Below are positions 1 through 9,291 of a stretch of DNA of 44,615 nt, piece after piece (the stretch's first letter is position 1; each line of letters opens with the position of its first letter). The translations under genes and the position numbers were made by a program. The notes under the pieces were generated by a model, which searched no databases, had not been told where the DNA came from, and worked only from the letters and a program-made list of their open reading frames with translations. Source of the stretch: Promethearchaeota archaeon (lineage in GTDB: Archaea > Asgardarchaeota > Lokiarchaeia > Sigyniarchaeales > SOKP01); assembly GCA_018238625.1 (NCBI GenBank), contig JABCSY010000023.1, positions 1 to 44,615 on the forward strand. The letters are read 5' to 3'.

Positions 1-768
1 TCCCGATTTGTTAAGATATACGGAGAGAAGATTGAGGTTAATGCAGATGGAGCTTTGGTCCTTTCAAATATGAATATTAATGACATTTCCGATATTAAGG
101 GCTTGGAATCCCTCGCTAATCTACAAAATTTAAGGCTTCATGATAATCAGATTACCGAGATCAAGGGCTTGGAATCCCTCGCTAATCTAAAATATTTAGG
201 GTTTGATGGGCTTGATGGTAATCGGATTACCGAAATCAAGGGTTTGGAATCACTCGTTAATCTACAACACTTATGGCTTTATAATAATCAGATTACCGAG
301 ATTAAGGGCTTGGAATTACTCGCTAACCTAAAAGAATTAGGGCTTGATGGTAATCTTATTACCGATATTAAAGGCTTGGACTCACTCGCTAACCTAAAAA
401 ATTTACTTCTTGATCGTAATCAGATTACCGAGATCAAGGGCTTGGACTCCCTCGCTAACCTAAAAAATTTACGTCTTGAAAGTAATCAGATTGCCGAGAT
501 CAAGGGCTTGGACTCACTCGCTAATCTACAAAAATTACTTCTTTCTGATAATCAGATTACCGAGATCAAGGGCTTGGACTCACTCGCTAACCTACAAGAG
601 TTAAGGCTTAATCGTAATCAGATTACCGAGATCAAAGGCTTGGAATCTCTCGTTAATTTAAGAATTTTAGGGCTTGATGATAATCAGATTCCAGAAGATT
701 TGGTTAAGGAATTAGGCGGTGACTCCAAAAAATATGTTGATTACTGTCAAAAAAAAAAGAACGCTTAA
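1..768 (+). CDS. Leucine-rich repeat protein (SDS22/internalin-like 22-aa LRRs), 5'-truncated by the window edge
   Basis: Frame is open from base 1. About 9 repeats of LxxLxLxxNQITEIKGLxSLAN, near-identical at DNA level (66-nt unit). Confidence 0.92.
   Translation, partial: SRFVKIYGEKIEVNADGALVLSNMNINDISDIKGLESLANLQNLRLHDNQITEIKGLESLANLKYLGFDGLDGNRITEIKGLESLVNLQHLWLYNNQITEIKGLELLANLKELGLDGNLITDIKGLDSLANLKNLLLDRNQITEIKGLDSLANLKNLRLESNQIAEIKGLDSLANLQKLLLSDNQITEIKGLDSLANLQELRLNRNQITEIKGLESLVNLRILGLDDNQIPEDLVKELGGDSKKYVDYCQKKKNA
88..690 (+). repeat. Intragenic 66-bp tandem repeat array encoding the LRRs
   Basis: Recurring aatcagattaccgagatcaagggcttgga...ctcgctaa unit. One unit has a 9-nt slippage duplication (tttgatggg cttgatggt). 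Confidence 0.9.
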
Positions 769-801
769 TCCTGATTTATTGAAGTCTTTTGTTTGAAGAA
801 A

Positions 802-821
802 TCTAATTTTTTCTTTATAAA
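802..821 (+). promoter_or_regulatory. TATA box with T-tract upstream, leaderless promoter of the 843-2681 operon
   Basis: TCTAATTTTTTC-TTTATAAA; TATA starts 29 nt before ATG 843. Confidence 0.6.
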
Positions 822-842
822 TTCTCATTATACTTTGAATTT

Positions 843-1604
843 ATGTTGGACTTATTTTTTTGGCTGTTCTTTATGCTAATCGTTTCCATCACAGTTCAAT
901 CTTGGTATAGACGCGCTCACACCCCAGGCTTTAAAACTTTTCTGCACGTTTTAGCCTTTGTTGGAGTATTTGTTCACGAAGTGGCTCATTACGCCCTCAA
1001 TGTTTTATTTGGCGTCAAAACCGGCAAATTAAAAGTTAAGTACCGTAGCCAAAACAAAGGGAGGGTCGCTCCCCACGGTTCGGTCGGTTTACCTGAGTTC
1101 GAGCGAAACTCCTTCCTACAGACATTTGTTGGCAGCGTAGCCCCATTGCTCGTATCAACCTTCCTTTTTCTCTTTTGCTTAGACGTTATTTTCAACTTAA
1201 AAACTGAGGCGTGGGTGGATGTAGTTGCCACCGTTTTCTGCGTGTCGCTTTTTATCGGTTCCGAACCTTCAGCGCAAGACATGAGATTAATCGGCATAAG
1301 TTTTAGAAAGGACACGAGCTACTCGCTTTACCAAATAGCTTTAGTCGTCGCGTCAGGGCTCGTGGTCTGGCTTTTCGTAGACCTTTATTTTATATACTTA
1401 CCGTTCGAAGTTCTATATTACATAGAATACTTCCTTTTCGTAATATTGATCTATTTCGTTTTGAAAACTACCTTTTGGATTATCAGTAGTTGTTTCAGCG
1501 CTTTAAAGAGGTCTAACCTTCCAAGTATAAAGTTATTGACTCGAAAAAGAAGGTTTAAAATGTTTACTCCAAGAAAATTGCACGAAAAAGAGGCGCAATG
1601 GTAA
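843..1604 (+). CDS. Membrane zinc metalloprotease-like protein (M50B/zincin-type)
   Basis: HEVAH (HExxH) in a hydrophobic context, later AP and PSxxD motifs, several TM segments. Confidence 0.75.
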   Translation: MLDLFFWLFFMLIVSITVQSWYRRAHTPGFKTFLHVLAFVGVFVHEVAHYALNVLFGVKTGKLKVKYRSQNKGRVAPHGSVGLPEFERNSFLQTFVGSVAPLLVSTFLFLFCLDVIFNLKTEAWVDVVATVFCVSLFIGSEPSAQDMRLIGISFRKDTSYSLYQIALVVASGLVVWLFVDLYFIYLPFEVLYYIEYFLFVILIYFVLKTTFWIISSCFSALKRSNLPSIKLLTRKRRFKMFTPRKLHEKEAQW

Positions 1605-1605
1605 A

Positions 1606-1950
1606 GTGAAAGGCTTCTGTCTAGTCGCGGTGGTAGTCGCAATGTTGATGTTTTACCAAAGAGAACCAGTTTATACCTTATTAATTATCGGCGTAGGGTT
1701 GTTCTTCTATTTGTTATATAAAGCGAAAAAGAGTGGCAACGGTCTACTAGGGACTTTTATGAGCGGAAATCAGACTTCGCAAGATAGAAGATTCGACGAT
1801 TTAATGGCGTTAATTATGCTCCAACAGCTACTCTCTAACAATTCTCAAGGCTCAAGCGCTTCGAGAGAAATATCCGAGGAGAGTCAGAAGCGTCGAGAAG
1901 AGATCGACAAAATTCAGAATGAAGTTTTAGACTTACTGGATAGCGATTAA
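1606..1950 (+). CDS. Small membrane protein (2 N-terminal TM helices, charged helical C-terminus)
   Basis: GTG start 1 nt after the upstream stop; hydrophobic N-terminus; operon context. Confidence 0.75.
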   Translation: MKGFCLVAVVVAMLMFYQREPVYTLLIIGVGLFFYLLYKAKKSGNGLLGTFMSGNQTSQDRRFDDLMALIMLQQLLSNNSQGSSASREISEESQKRREEIDKIQNEVLDLLDSD

Positions 1951-1970
1951 TTTTTGGTTGTGATTAAAGA

Positions 1971-2681
1971 ATGATCGAGCTCGAAAGATCGGCAATTATT
2001 TCTCATGTTTTCGAATTAGCTAAGGATAATGGTCTTATATCCATCGCCGGCAAATCTGGTACGGGTAAAACTACCTTGGCTCTCCAGTTTATTAGTGTTC
2101 TTATGACGCTCGAAAAGTCTTACCGAGATCAAAGCGTTTGGATACAAGCAAGCGAACAATTCCCTAAAAAAAGGTTAAGATCGCTTTTTGAAAGTTATCC
2201 TGACAAAGTTGATTACGTTCTGAAAAACATTTTTGTTGCTCCAGGAATTAAACCTTTCTCTAACTACCAAGAACAATCGTCTTACTTTAGGCGATTGAAG
2301 ACTACTATTCTTCCGAATAACGTTAAATTTATCGTTATCGACAATATTTCCCATTATTTGCGCTATATAATCTCCTCTATCTCAGATTATAAAGAAAGGG
2401 GGGCTATTTTAGACGAGTTTTTCAGCGTACAGTTGTTTCCCTTGGTAATGCGATGCCTAAGGGAAAAGATAATTCTTATTTTGGTCCACGAGGTTTCGTT
2501 CGATCCTAGCTCGGGTAAGACAAAACCTTTTTATAGCAAGTTATACGATAGAATTGACTCGATAAACGTCAACCTCTCGAAGACCATGAATTCTGGTCTA
2601 AAACAGATGGAAATTAGTTCGAAAGGTATCTCTATGAAGTTTATATACAAAATTGAAGATTCTGGAATCATAAATTTGTAA
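1971..2681 (+). CDS. RadB-like / RecA-superfamily ATPase paralog (core domain only)
   Basis: Walker A AGKSGTGKT, WIQASEQFPKKRL, Walker B FIVIDN. No N-terminal HhH. Confidence 0.8.
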   Translation: MIELERSAIISHVFELAKDNGLISIAGKSGTGKTTLALQFISVLMTLEKSYRDQSVWIQASEQFPKKRLRSLFESYPDKVDYVLKNIFVAPGIKPFSNYQEQSSYFRRLKTTILPNNVKFIVIDNISHYLRYIISSISDYKERGAILDEFFSVQLFPLVMRCLREKIILILVHEVSFDPSSGKTKPFYSKLYDRIDSINVNLSKTMNSGLKQMEISSKGISMKFIYKIEDSGIINL

Positions 2682-2774
2682 TAATGGTTAGCGTTTCCGA
2701 TTATATAAAGGCAAAATTTTGTTATACCGATTTTCCTTTTCCTTTAAATACATTGGTTAAGAATATAACTTACG

Positions 2775-3152
2775 ATGAATACGTCAAATACCACCATCAC
2801 TAACGAAATAAAATGCTCGATCTGTCGCGCCGACATAAAAGATCGCCATAATGTCTATCAATCCAGCTTAAAACTTGGTATTATTTGTAACTTGTGTAAG
2901 CAACGCTTTTCAGACGAGGACATCGAGATGATTATAAACATATTCTTTGCGTTTGGGGAATTTTTTGGGGCACGCGATCGGTCCAACTTTTCTATTGAGG
3001 ATACTATCCTTGAATTTGCCAAAAATTTAGATGAAGGAAAGGTGAATTTTCATTCGCAAAACGTTAGAATGTGGCATAAAGTGTTAACTCATGGTATTAC
3101 GCCAAAAGAGTTTTTAAAGGAATTATCGGCTTTTTCTGAGCAAGAACTGTGA
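2775..3152 (+). CDS. C2-C2 zinc-finger hypothetical protein (paralog of 30681-31064)
   Basis: CSIC...CNLC, FSDEDIEMI, FAFGEFFG and HGITPK motifs are matched in the second copy. TATA at 2743-2750. Confidence 0.8.
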   Translation: MNTSNTTITNEIKCSICRADIKDRHNVYQSSLKLGIICNLCKQRFSDEDIEMIINIFFAFGEFFGARDRSNFSIEDTILEFAKNLDEGKVNFHSQNVRMWHKVLTHGITPKEFLKELSAFSEQEL

Positions 3153-3356
3153 ACGATTAGTAATTTAAGAAATTAATACATTAATATTGAAAGAATTCTA
3201 AACTTAGCTCTTCGTTTTTGTAATTTCTTTTAAAAGTGTTATTATTATCCGTTTTTCTATACCATTGATACAAACAAGCGATTTTTAAATTAATTCTTTA
3301 AAGATTATTTTTTATGTTACGAGTATATACACATAGTTAGAAGATCGATTTATCTT

Positions 3357-3482
3357 ATGAAAAAATTAGCAGAAAAACTCAAAAAAGTAGACTTGGAACT
3401 ATCTAAATGGACTAGGGAAGTTCTGTTTGAGCATTTAGTGGAAGTTTGCCAAGATATTGAACATCAAGGGAAATTTAAATGA
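3357..3482 (+). CDS. Putative 41-aa small protein (not in the ORF track)
   Basis: MKKLAEKLKKVDLELSKWTREVLFEHLVEVCQDIEHQGKFK*; protein-like amphipathic composition in an otherwise AT-rich spacer. Confidence 0.5.
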   Translation: MKKLAEKLKKVDLELSKWTREVLFEHLVEVCQDIEHQGKFK

Positions 3483-3571
3483 GTCAAACGCCATTTTAAT
3501 TTTCCAATTCCAATTTCGTTTAAAGAGTTATAATTTTTAATCCAATTTTTTTGCATTTGGAAGTGTTAATA

Positions 3572-3592
3572 CCATATTTTTTTCTTTATTAA
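3572..3592 (+). promoter_or_regulatory. radA promoter: T-tract + TATA; a TCCAA...TTGGA inverted repeat lies just upstream (3541-3561)
   Basis: CCATATTTTTTTC-TTTATTAA; RBS-like GGAGTTGA at 3631-3638. Confidence 0.5.
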
Positions 3593-3647
3593 TAATCGTT
3601 TCTAATCTGATTTAATTCAAATTACAACATGGAGTTGATATTAAAAA

Positions 3648-4883
3648 ACGTCAGATTTAGACCAAATAAAAGGAATCAACGCTCGAATGATAAAGCTCTT
3701 GCAAGAGAGCGGCATTAGCACGGCAGAAGCTTTAGCGATGTCCCCGCACAACATTATTTCGGATATAGATGGGTTAGGCGATAAGACCGCAAAGAAGCTC
3801 ATTTGGAACGCTCGAAACGCTTTGGGCATGACAGAATTCATAACTGCAGATGACATCGACGAAAATACCGAATACATTACCACAGGCTCTTCTGAATTGA
3901 ACAGAATTTTAGGAGGGGGGTTTCAAACTGGCAAACTTACAGAAGTTTACGGGCCCTTTAAATCCGGCAAAACTAACTTAGCTCACACGATCGCCGTAAC
4001 CATCCAGCTTCCTAAAAAAAAGGGAGGTTTAGGTTCGACCGTAGCCTACATCGACACAGAAAACACTTTTTCTAAGGAGAAAATCAAAAGAATAGCTAAG
4101 AGGTTCGGGTTCGATCCTAAGAAAGTATTATCGCAAATTTACCACGCCAGGATTTATTCGTCCGACCATCAAATACAGATGATTCAAAAAGCAGAAACGC
4201 TTTGCAAAACCCGAAACGTGCGTCTAATCGTAGTAGATAGCTTAATGGCTTTACTAAGAGCGGAATACGTAGGTATTGGTATGCTCGCCCGTCGGCAAGC
4301 CGTCCTAAACAACATGATACACGGGCTTTCGCGAGTCGCGGAGACTTATAATTGCGCGATTCTTCTGACCAATCAAGTTTCGGTTAGCATGAAAGGAATG
4401 TTCTCGGCAAACGACGCCATTGGCGGAAATATAGTAGCCCATGGCTGCCACTTCCGAGTTATGTTCAAAACGAAGGGATTCTCATCGAACAATTCGCTGA
4501 AACGTAGAGCGATAATAGTGGACGCGCCAGATCTGCCACCTGAGGAAGCAGAATTCTTTATCACAAGCGTGGGAATTGCCGATACGGAAAAGGGAGACAT
4601 TCCCGAAGTTCAAGGCTTAGATTTCGAGGTCGAAACATTGTACGAAGAAGAGAGTAGCGTCGAAGATAGCGAAGTTTTCGATAATGGTAACGGTAAACAT
4701 TCGCTCATCGACGTTAAGGGAATTGGAGCCGGCACCGCAAAGAATCTAATAAAAGTTGGAGTAAGCTCTGTAGAAGGGTTGGTGAGTTCCGACCCCGAAC
4801 AGGTGGCCTCTAAGATTAGTGGAGTTTCTTCTAAGATGGTCCTTGAATGGCAAACCAACGCAAAAGCTCTTTTGAGCGCTTAA
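3648..4883 (+). CDS. radA: RadA/Rad51-family recombinase with N-terminal HhH domain and an extra C-terminal HhH domain
   Basis: ITTGSSELNRILGGG, TEVYGPFKSGKT, YIDTENTF, LIVVDS, LRAEYVGIGMLARRQ, TNQV, GGNIVAH. HhH homology (SDLDQIKGI) extends upstream of ATG 3687 to an in-frame ACG at 3648. Confidence 0.93.
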   Translation, partial: TSDLDQIKGINARMIKLLQESGISTAEALAMSPHNIISDIDGLGDKTAKKLIWNARNALGMTEFITADDIDENTEYITTGSSELNRILGGGFQTGKLTEVYGPFKSGKTNLAHTIAVTIQLPKKKGGLGSTVAYIDTENTFSKEKIKRIAKRFGFDPKKVLSQIYHARIYSSDHQIQMIQKAETLCKTRNVRLIVVDSLMALLRAEYVGIGMLARRQAVLNNMIHGLSRVAETYNCAILLTNQVSVSMKGMFSANDAIGGNIVAHGCHFRVMFKTKGFSSNNSLKRRAIIVDAPDLPPEEAEFFITSVGIADTEKGDIPEVQGLDFEVETLYEEESSVEDSEVFDNGNGKHSLIDVKGIGAGTAKNLIKVGVSSVEGLVSSDPEQVASKISGVSSKMVLEWQTNAKALLSA

Positions 4884-5034
4884 AAATTACCTTTCTTTTT
4901 TTTATTACTTACTATTTTCAAAACTTGCCAAAGTGTCTAACTCTCTTGAATCCAATTTTTTAGGAGTAGAACACTTAAATATATTTCACTAATTCTTTTT
5001 ATGTGATCTAATCTCAATCATCTGAGGACTAAAA

Positions 5035-6006
5035 ATGACAAGAAGAAATGCGTTTTTAATAAAAATTAGTATTTTACTCGTTTTTTCGGTCCTAACTTCA
5101 GGTATTCTCATAGTTGATCTTGAAAAAAACGAAGGATTTTCTGATAGCAGGTCTTATAATAACTACAATAATTTAGAAAATGCATATTTGAAATCCTTAA
5201 CAATTTCAGATAAGATTCATATAAACGGTAGTGCTGGTTGGGTTGCTTTTAGAAGTGCTGGATATTGTACGGGCGAAGGAACCCAAATCGACCCATATAT
5301 TATTGAAAATTTGGAAATAGATGCTAAATGGTTGGATAGTGGCATCTTTATCGAAAATTCGGATGCCTACTTTAAGATTGAAAATTGCATCGTTTTTAAT
5401 TCAGGTCATAATGAGTATGATGCGGGAATTAAATTGAAAAACATTCAAAATGCCCTAGTACGAAAAAACGATTGTCAACAGAATGGTATTGGTATTTATT
5501 TAATCAATAGCAATAACAACGCGATAATAGGCAACCTAGTCCACCACAGTTTATGGGAGGGAATATTCTTAGAGACCAGTGATAATAACGTGATTTCGCT
5601 AAACACAATGCACTTCAATAATTACGATGGTATATTATTACGGTATAGTAATTATAACAAAATTTGGGGAAATACGCTTTCTATTCAAGATAATATTGCG
5701 ATACAATTACATCGAAGTAATTATAACGCGATTGCAGGGAATATCCTACAGCGCAACTGGTGTGGTGGTATATTTTTAAGATGGAGCAATAAGAATATAA
5801 TAATAAGTAACATAGCAATACTAGCCGGAGGAGATTTCAGAGAAAGAGATTGCGAAGGTAACGTATATTTATTTAACATCGGAAGTTTACATCTTCTTCT
5901 TGTATTTCCTAGCCTTTTCATCTTAGCAATAGTTGTATACAAAAGTAAAAAACCAACTAAAAAAAACGAGGTTAAAGCATATGAGAAGAAAAGAAAAGGA
6001 AGTTAA
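5035..6006 (+). CDS. NosD/CASH parallel beta-helix surface protein with N-terminal signal and C-terminal TM
   Basis: IHING...CTGEGTQIDPYIIENLEID, repeated GIxLxxSxxNxIxxN. Confidence 0.88.
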   Translation: MTRRNAFLIKISILLVFSVLTSGILIVDLEKNEGFSDSRSYNNYNNLENAYLKSLTISDKIHINGSAGWVAFRSAGYCTGEGTQIDPYIIENLEIDAKWLDSGIFIENSDAYFKIENCIVFNSGHNEYDAGIKLKNIQNALVRKNDCQQNGIGIYLINSNNNAIIGNLVHHSLWEGIFLETSDNNVISLNTMHFNNYDGILLRYSNYNKIWGNTLSIQDNIAIQLHRSNYNAIAGNILQRNWCGGIFLRWSNKNIIISNIAILAGGDFRERDCEGNVYLFNIGSLHLLLVFPSLFILAIVVYKSKKPTKKNEVKAYEKKRKGS

Positions 6007-6122
6007 AACAATCCTAAACCCGTTCGGAGGATTATCTGAACTATATTTACTTCTGGACTTTAGTTACATTAAAGATAATATACAAGTTTTATAGAAATAA
6101 AAAAGGAAAAAAAAAGTAACCT

Positions 6123-7157
6123 TTAGTTTCTTAAAGATACAGAGCTCTTTTTCTTGCGAACGCTTCCTATAACGACCAAAGCGCCAACCACGAGCCCCGC
6201 GCTGACGACAAATCCGAGAGTCCATTCGATCGGCACGTAAAAATATCCTTGAATAGTTCCGTTAGTTGGTTCTGGGTCTGGCTCGGTTCCGTTTATACCG
6301 GTACTTATCGAATAATCTTCTGCTATTGCGTAAGCTACGTTTACTACGTCGACCTTGCAATAAATCTTGATTTTGACGGTGTAAACCCCGCTAACTGCGG
6401 TCCCGAAATTAAAGTGCAAAACCTCTCCAACGCTTTTCATGGTCTGGTTAGCGTATATCGTAAATTCAATATCGTCAGGATCTGTTAGATAGTAATACAC
6501 TTCGACTTCTCGGCTAATTAGTTCCCCTCCAATAGCAGAAACTCTTCCGACGTAAAACTTGTAAGATACGTCGGTTTTAAGCATAACGTTGTGTTCTACA
6601 ACCGATCCGGAGAGAAACTTGTTGACTTGGTACAACTCTAGTTTGGCGATGTATTCGGGCGACATGATGTCGTACAGGCACTTTTCATCCCTATCGAAAA
6701 AGATTTTAACGTATAAGTTTAAGTTCAGCTCGGCAATAACCGAAAAAATAAAAGTATAATTCCCCGAAATCGCCGTTCCGAACGGTATTTCGAACCACTG
6801 GTCGCCTTGCGATATGTTTACTTCGGTTTTGAATATTTCATAAACGTCTGAGTCGGGATCCACTATCGTAACGTTGATCTCGCAATCGTGTGGCGTTACG
6901 ATTTCTACTAACACGTAATAATTGAGCTCTTCGTATAAGTATAGGTCTTCGAACTGCTGAATGTCGTTCGGAGCGAGAAAAGTGAACACCTTGTCCACGA
7001 ATAACTCTTCAGAACTCGCGCTAGGTAGTTCTGCAAGTGCTAATCCGATGTTATCGTTGCCATTCATGTTAATTCGACTTTTATTAGCTAATAACCCAAT
7101 AGTTAATCCTGATACGACCAAAAAACCAAAAAAAATCGCTTTTGTGTGCGACTTAAT
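6123..7157 (-). CDS. Secreted, membrane-anchored protein with two beta-sandwich repeats
   Basis: Internal repeat (DPDSDVY..PFGTAISGNYT / DPDDIEF..NFGTAVSGVYT), C-terminal TM + RKKK. Likely start is ATT 7157 behind a perfect GGAGGTG (ORF track: TTG 7121). Confidence 0.8.
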   Translation of the reverse strand: MKSHTKAIFFGFLVVSGLTIGLLANKSRINMNGNDNIGLALAELPSASSEELFVDKVFTFLAPNDIQQFEDLYLYEELNYYVLVEIVTPHDCEINVTIVDPDSDVYEIFKTEVNISQGDQWFEIPFGTAISGNYTFIFSVIAELNLNLYVKIFFDRDEKCLYDIMSPEYIAKLELYQVNKFLSGSVVEHNVMLKTDVSYKFYVGRVSAIGGELISREVEVYYYLTDPDDIEFTIYANQTMKSVGEVLHFNFGTAVSGVYTVKIKIYCKVDVVNVAYAIAEDYSISTGINGTEPDPEPTNGTIQGYFYVPIEWTLGFVVSAGLVVGALVVIGSVRKKKSSVSLRN

Positions 7158-7488
7158 AGCCGTACACCTCCAATTCTTTGAACTCCAAGATTAATTCCTT
7201 AACGACGGGACACCTGTCAAAATCAATGCATGTAAAACACGGCTGGTCACTCCAGAAATACGCTTTTTGGTCAGCCCTTTCGACAATAAGTAGTGGGAAC
7301 TTGCTTTTTGGACATTCCAGAGCCGAATTGCTTATTTTACCTCTTTTAGGCAACGCGTACGAGAGTCCGCACACATCGCACTTAACGAACCGTTTGTAAT
7401 TATTCGTCTTAAAAACGATTAGAGAGCATTCGCAACTTGGACAGGTGCCTATCTCTTCTAGTTTTTTCAATTTGAAACGCCTTAACAA
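7153..7488 (-). CDS. Stand-alone topoisomerase-IA-type C4 zinc-ribbon protein (YrdD-like)
   Basis: IGTCPSCECSL...RFVKCDVC...YALPKRGKI...CPKS; extra CFTC..C. Confidence 0.75.
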   Translation of the reverse strand: MLRRFKLKKLEEIGTCPSCECSLIVFKTNNYKRFVKCDVCGLSYALPKRGKISNSALECPKSKFPLLIVERADQKAYFWSDQPCFTCIDFDRCPVVKELILEFKELEVYGY

Positions 7489-7702
7489 ATTTTTAATTAA
7501 ATTTACGCTTTTTCATATTTAAACAAAAAATAAATTTCCGACAAAAAATCAGAAATTAAAGTAAGACGTTTCTTTTAAATGGAAAAGTCTTCTTATTATA
7601 ACTCGCCTTAACAAAGTTTTTTCGAGATTGGTTAGAATTAAAAATCCTAACCTTTCTTTTTTTTAAGTTTTGTAAGTAATTAGTTTCAAGTAGGGGGATA
7701 AA

Positions 7703-7852
7703 ATGAAAATGAGTTTAAGTTCTTGTTTAAAGAGAAATAGGTTCTTTTTCGTCCTAAAAAGAAAGAAAAGATGGAGGAAAAGAAAATGTGCGCAAGTAAG
7801 AAGAGGCGGGCACCCATATCCTCATTTTTTTATGGAATTTGACCTTCCATAG
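7703..7852 (+). CDS. Putative 49-aa highly basic small protein (not in the ORF track)
   Basis: RBS AGGGGGAT, then MKMSLSSCLKRNRFFFVLKRKKRWRKRKCAQVRRGGHPYPHFFMEFDLP*; 15 K/R. Confidence 0.5.
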   Translation: MKMSLSSCLKRNRFFFVLKRKKRWRKRKCAQVRRGGHPYPHFFMEFDLP

Positions 7853-7867
7853 CAATTCCAATTCAAA

Positions 7868-8329
7868 TTATTTCATAAATTCCTTTAGTGTTAAAACATA
7901 TTCTCCAATTTTCGCGTCTGCACCCTCTACAGCTGGTCCTTTCTGCCCTTGCATTTTTACTTCGAGATATTCGGGACAGACTTCCTCGACACATCCAATT
8001 TTTTCAATAGTCTTTTTCATTCCTTTTATGAAGAATTTTTTCCAACCCAACGCATGGGTAGAAAAATAAGCGACTTTCGAAATCGGTTTTGTTATGACTT
8101 TATCTAAATTGGTGATAAACTCTCGAATCTCTGGATCTGACGAAAAAGCGACGATTCGAACGGCAACGATCAAACCATAAGGCTCGTCTTTAGCTATATC
8201 ATCAGGCGATATGCTTTTAATACTATCTAAACTTACGTCGTAACTATCTTTCAAACCTTCAGCAAGTTGTTTTGAAATTTTCTCAGAATTTCCATGCAGA
8301 GAGTTATGAATTATCCAAATCTTTTTCAT
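7868..8329 (-). CDS. Flavodoxin-like protein
   Basis: IIHNSLHGNSEKISKQLAEGL phosphate-binding loop; KVAYFSTH. Confidence 0.8.
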   Translation of the reverse strand: MKKIWIIHNSLHGNSEKISKQLAEGLKDSYDVSLDSIKSISPDDIAKDEPYGLIVAVRIVAFSSDPEIREFITNLDKVITKPISKVAYFSTHALGWKKFFIKGMKKTIEKIGCVEEVCPEYLEVKMQGQKGPAVEGADAKIGEYVLTLKEFMK

Positions 8330-8435
8330 TGTGATAACTTCAAATCGTAATTAATATTTAAATGTTTTTTATAGGATTGTATTATTGGGAGAATAGAATT
8401 CTATTTAAAATTTCAATAGTCCAATCTTATATCAA

Positions 8436-8455
8436 TCCTAATTTTTCTTTAAATA
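8436..8455 (+). promoter_or_regulatory. T-tract + TATA leaderless promoter
   Basis: TCCTAATTTTTC-TTTAAATA, 32 nt before ATG 8480, in a divergent intergenic region. Confidence 0.6.
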
Positions 8456-8479
8456 AAATCGTATCAAAAAAAGATCATT

Positions 8480-8704
8480 ATGGTCATGTTTGATTATTTT
8501 GAAAGCGTTTTAGAAGGAGTCGAATTTTTAATAGCCGTTGGGTCGATTGTTGGCTTGTTAGGGCTAATTATTGGGTTTATTTTTCTCGCTTGGGGGTCCA
8601 ATCGGATGCGATATAAGATGACTGGTGTTATAATAGTTTCTTTTATATTATTAGGCGTTTGCGGACCAGTCACCGGAGTAAAATACTTTAGGTTATTTAG
8701 GTAA
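8480..8704 (+). CDS. Small two-TM protein, possibly VirB2/CedA1-like pilin
   Basis: 74 aa; two Gly-rich hydrophobic helices split by a short basic loop (WGSNRMRYKM). The pilin call is architectural inference only. Confidence 0.7.
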   Translation: MVMFDYFESVLEGVEFLIAVGSIVGLLGLIIGFIFLAWGSNRMRYKMTGVIIVSFILLGVCGPVTGVKYFRLFR

Positions 8705-8777
8705 AAAGATCTAGAATTATAGAAAAAAATAAAATTCTTTATTTTAATTATTTGTTTCTTAGCTTTTATAAGAGTTA

Positions 8778-9146
8778 TTAATGATATCCTATTGGAGGTC
8801 TATCTCCCCCCATAAGAAAACCCCAAAGAATAAAAGAAGTACCTGTAAGAAAGGCTCCAATCCATAAAAGTAGAACGCTTGTTATGAATCCACCTATACT
8901 TATCTTTTTCAAAAATATCTTTAAAATGTTTATGATAAAGCCTGCACTTCCTAACATCAGGCATAGATTGCCGATATTATTGAATATATACTTGAAGGTT
9001 GTACCCGTCTGATATTGAAGGTTCGAACCAAAAAAAGGAACGTAAATCGCTATAAACACTAAAATTCCTAGAAAAGCTAAAAACACTTTATTTGGGCTTC
9101 TTCTTTTCTGATGGTAAATTACTATCCCGTTTCCTTTATTTTTCAA
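8778..9146 (-). CDS. Three-TM hypothetical membrane protein
   Basis: TTG start behind GGAGTGA; three hydrophobic segments. Confidence 0.75.
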   Translation of the reverse strand: MKNKGNGIVIYHQKRRSPNKVFLAFLGILVFIAIYVPFFGSNLQYQTGTTFKYIFNNIGNLCLMLGSAGFIINILKIFLKKISIGGFITSVLLLWIGAFLTGTSFILWGFLMGGDRPPIGYH

Positions 9147-9291
9147 TCTATTAAATCACTCCTACTTTTTCGTTTTAATTTTGATAATACTTTGTTTGTT
9201 TATAAACAAAAATTTCGAAAGCGTTTTTTTCATTTATATAAAACTATATTATTTTAGTTCTAACAACTTCGAAATAAGAGGTTAAAACAAC

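Noticed and set aside
88-690. CRISPR-like array (constant and variable segments)
   Set aside because: The units are in-frame 66-nt LRR codons inside an ORF; no cas genes.
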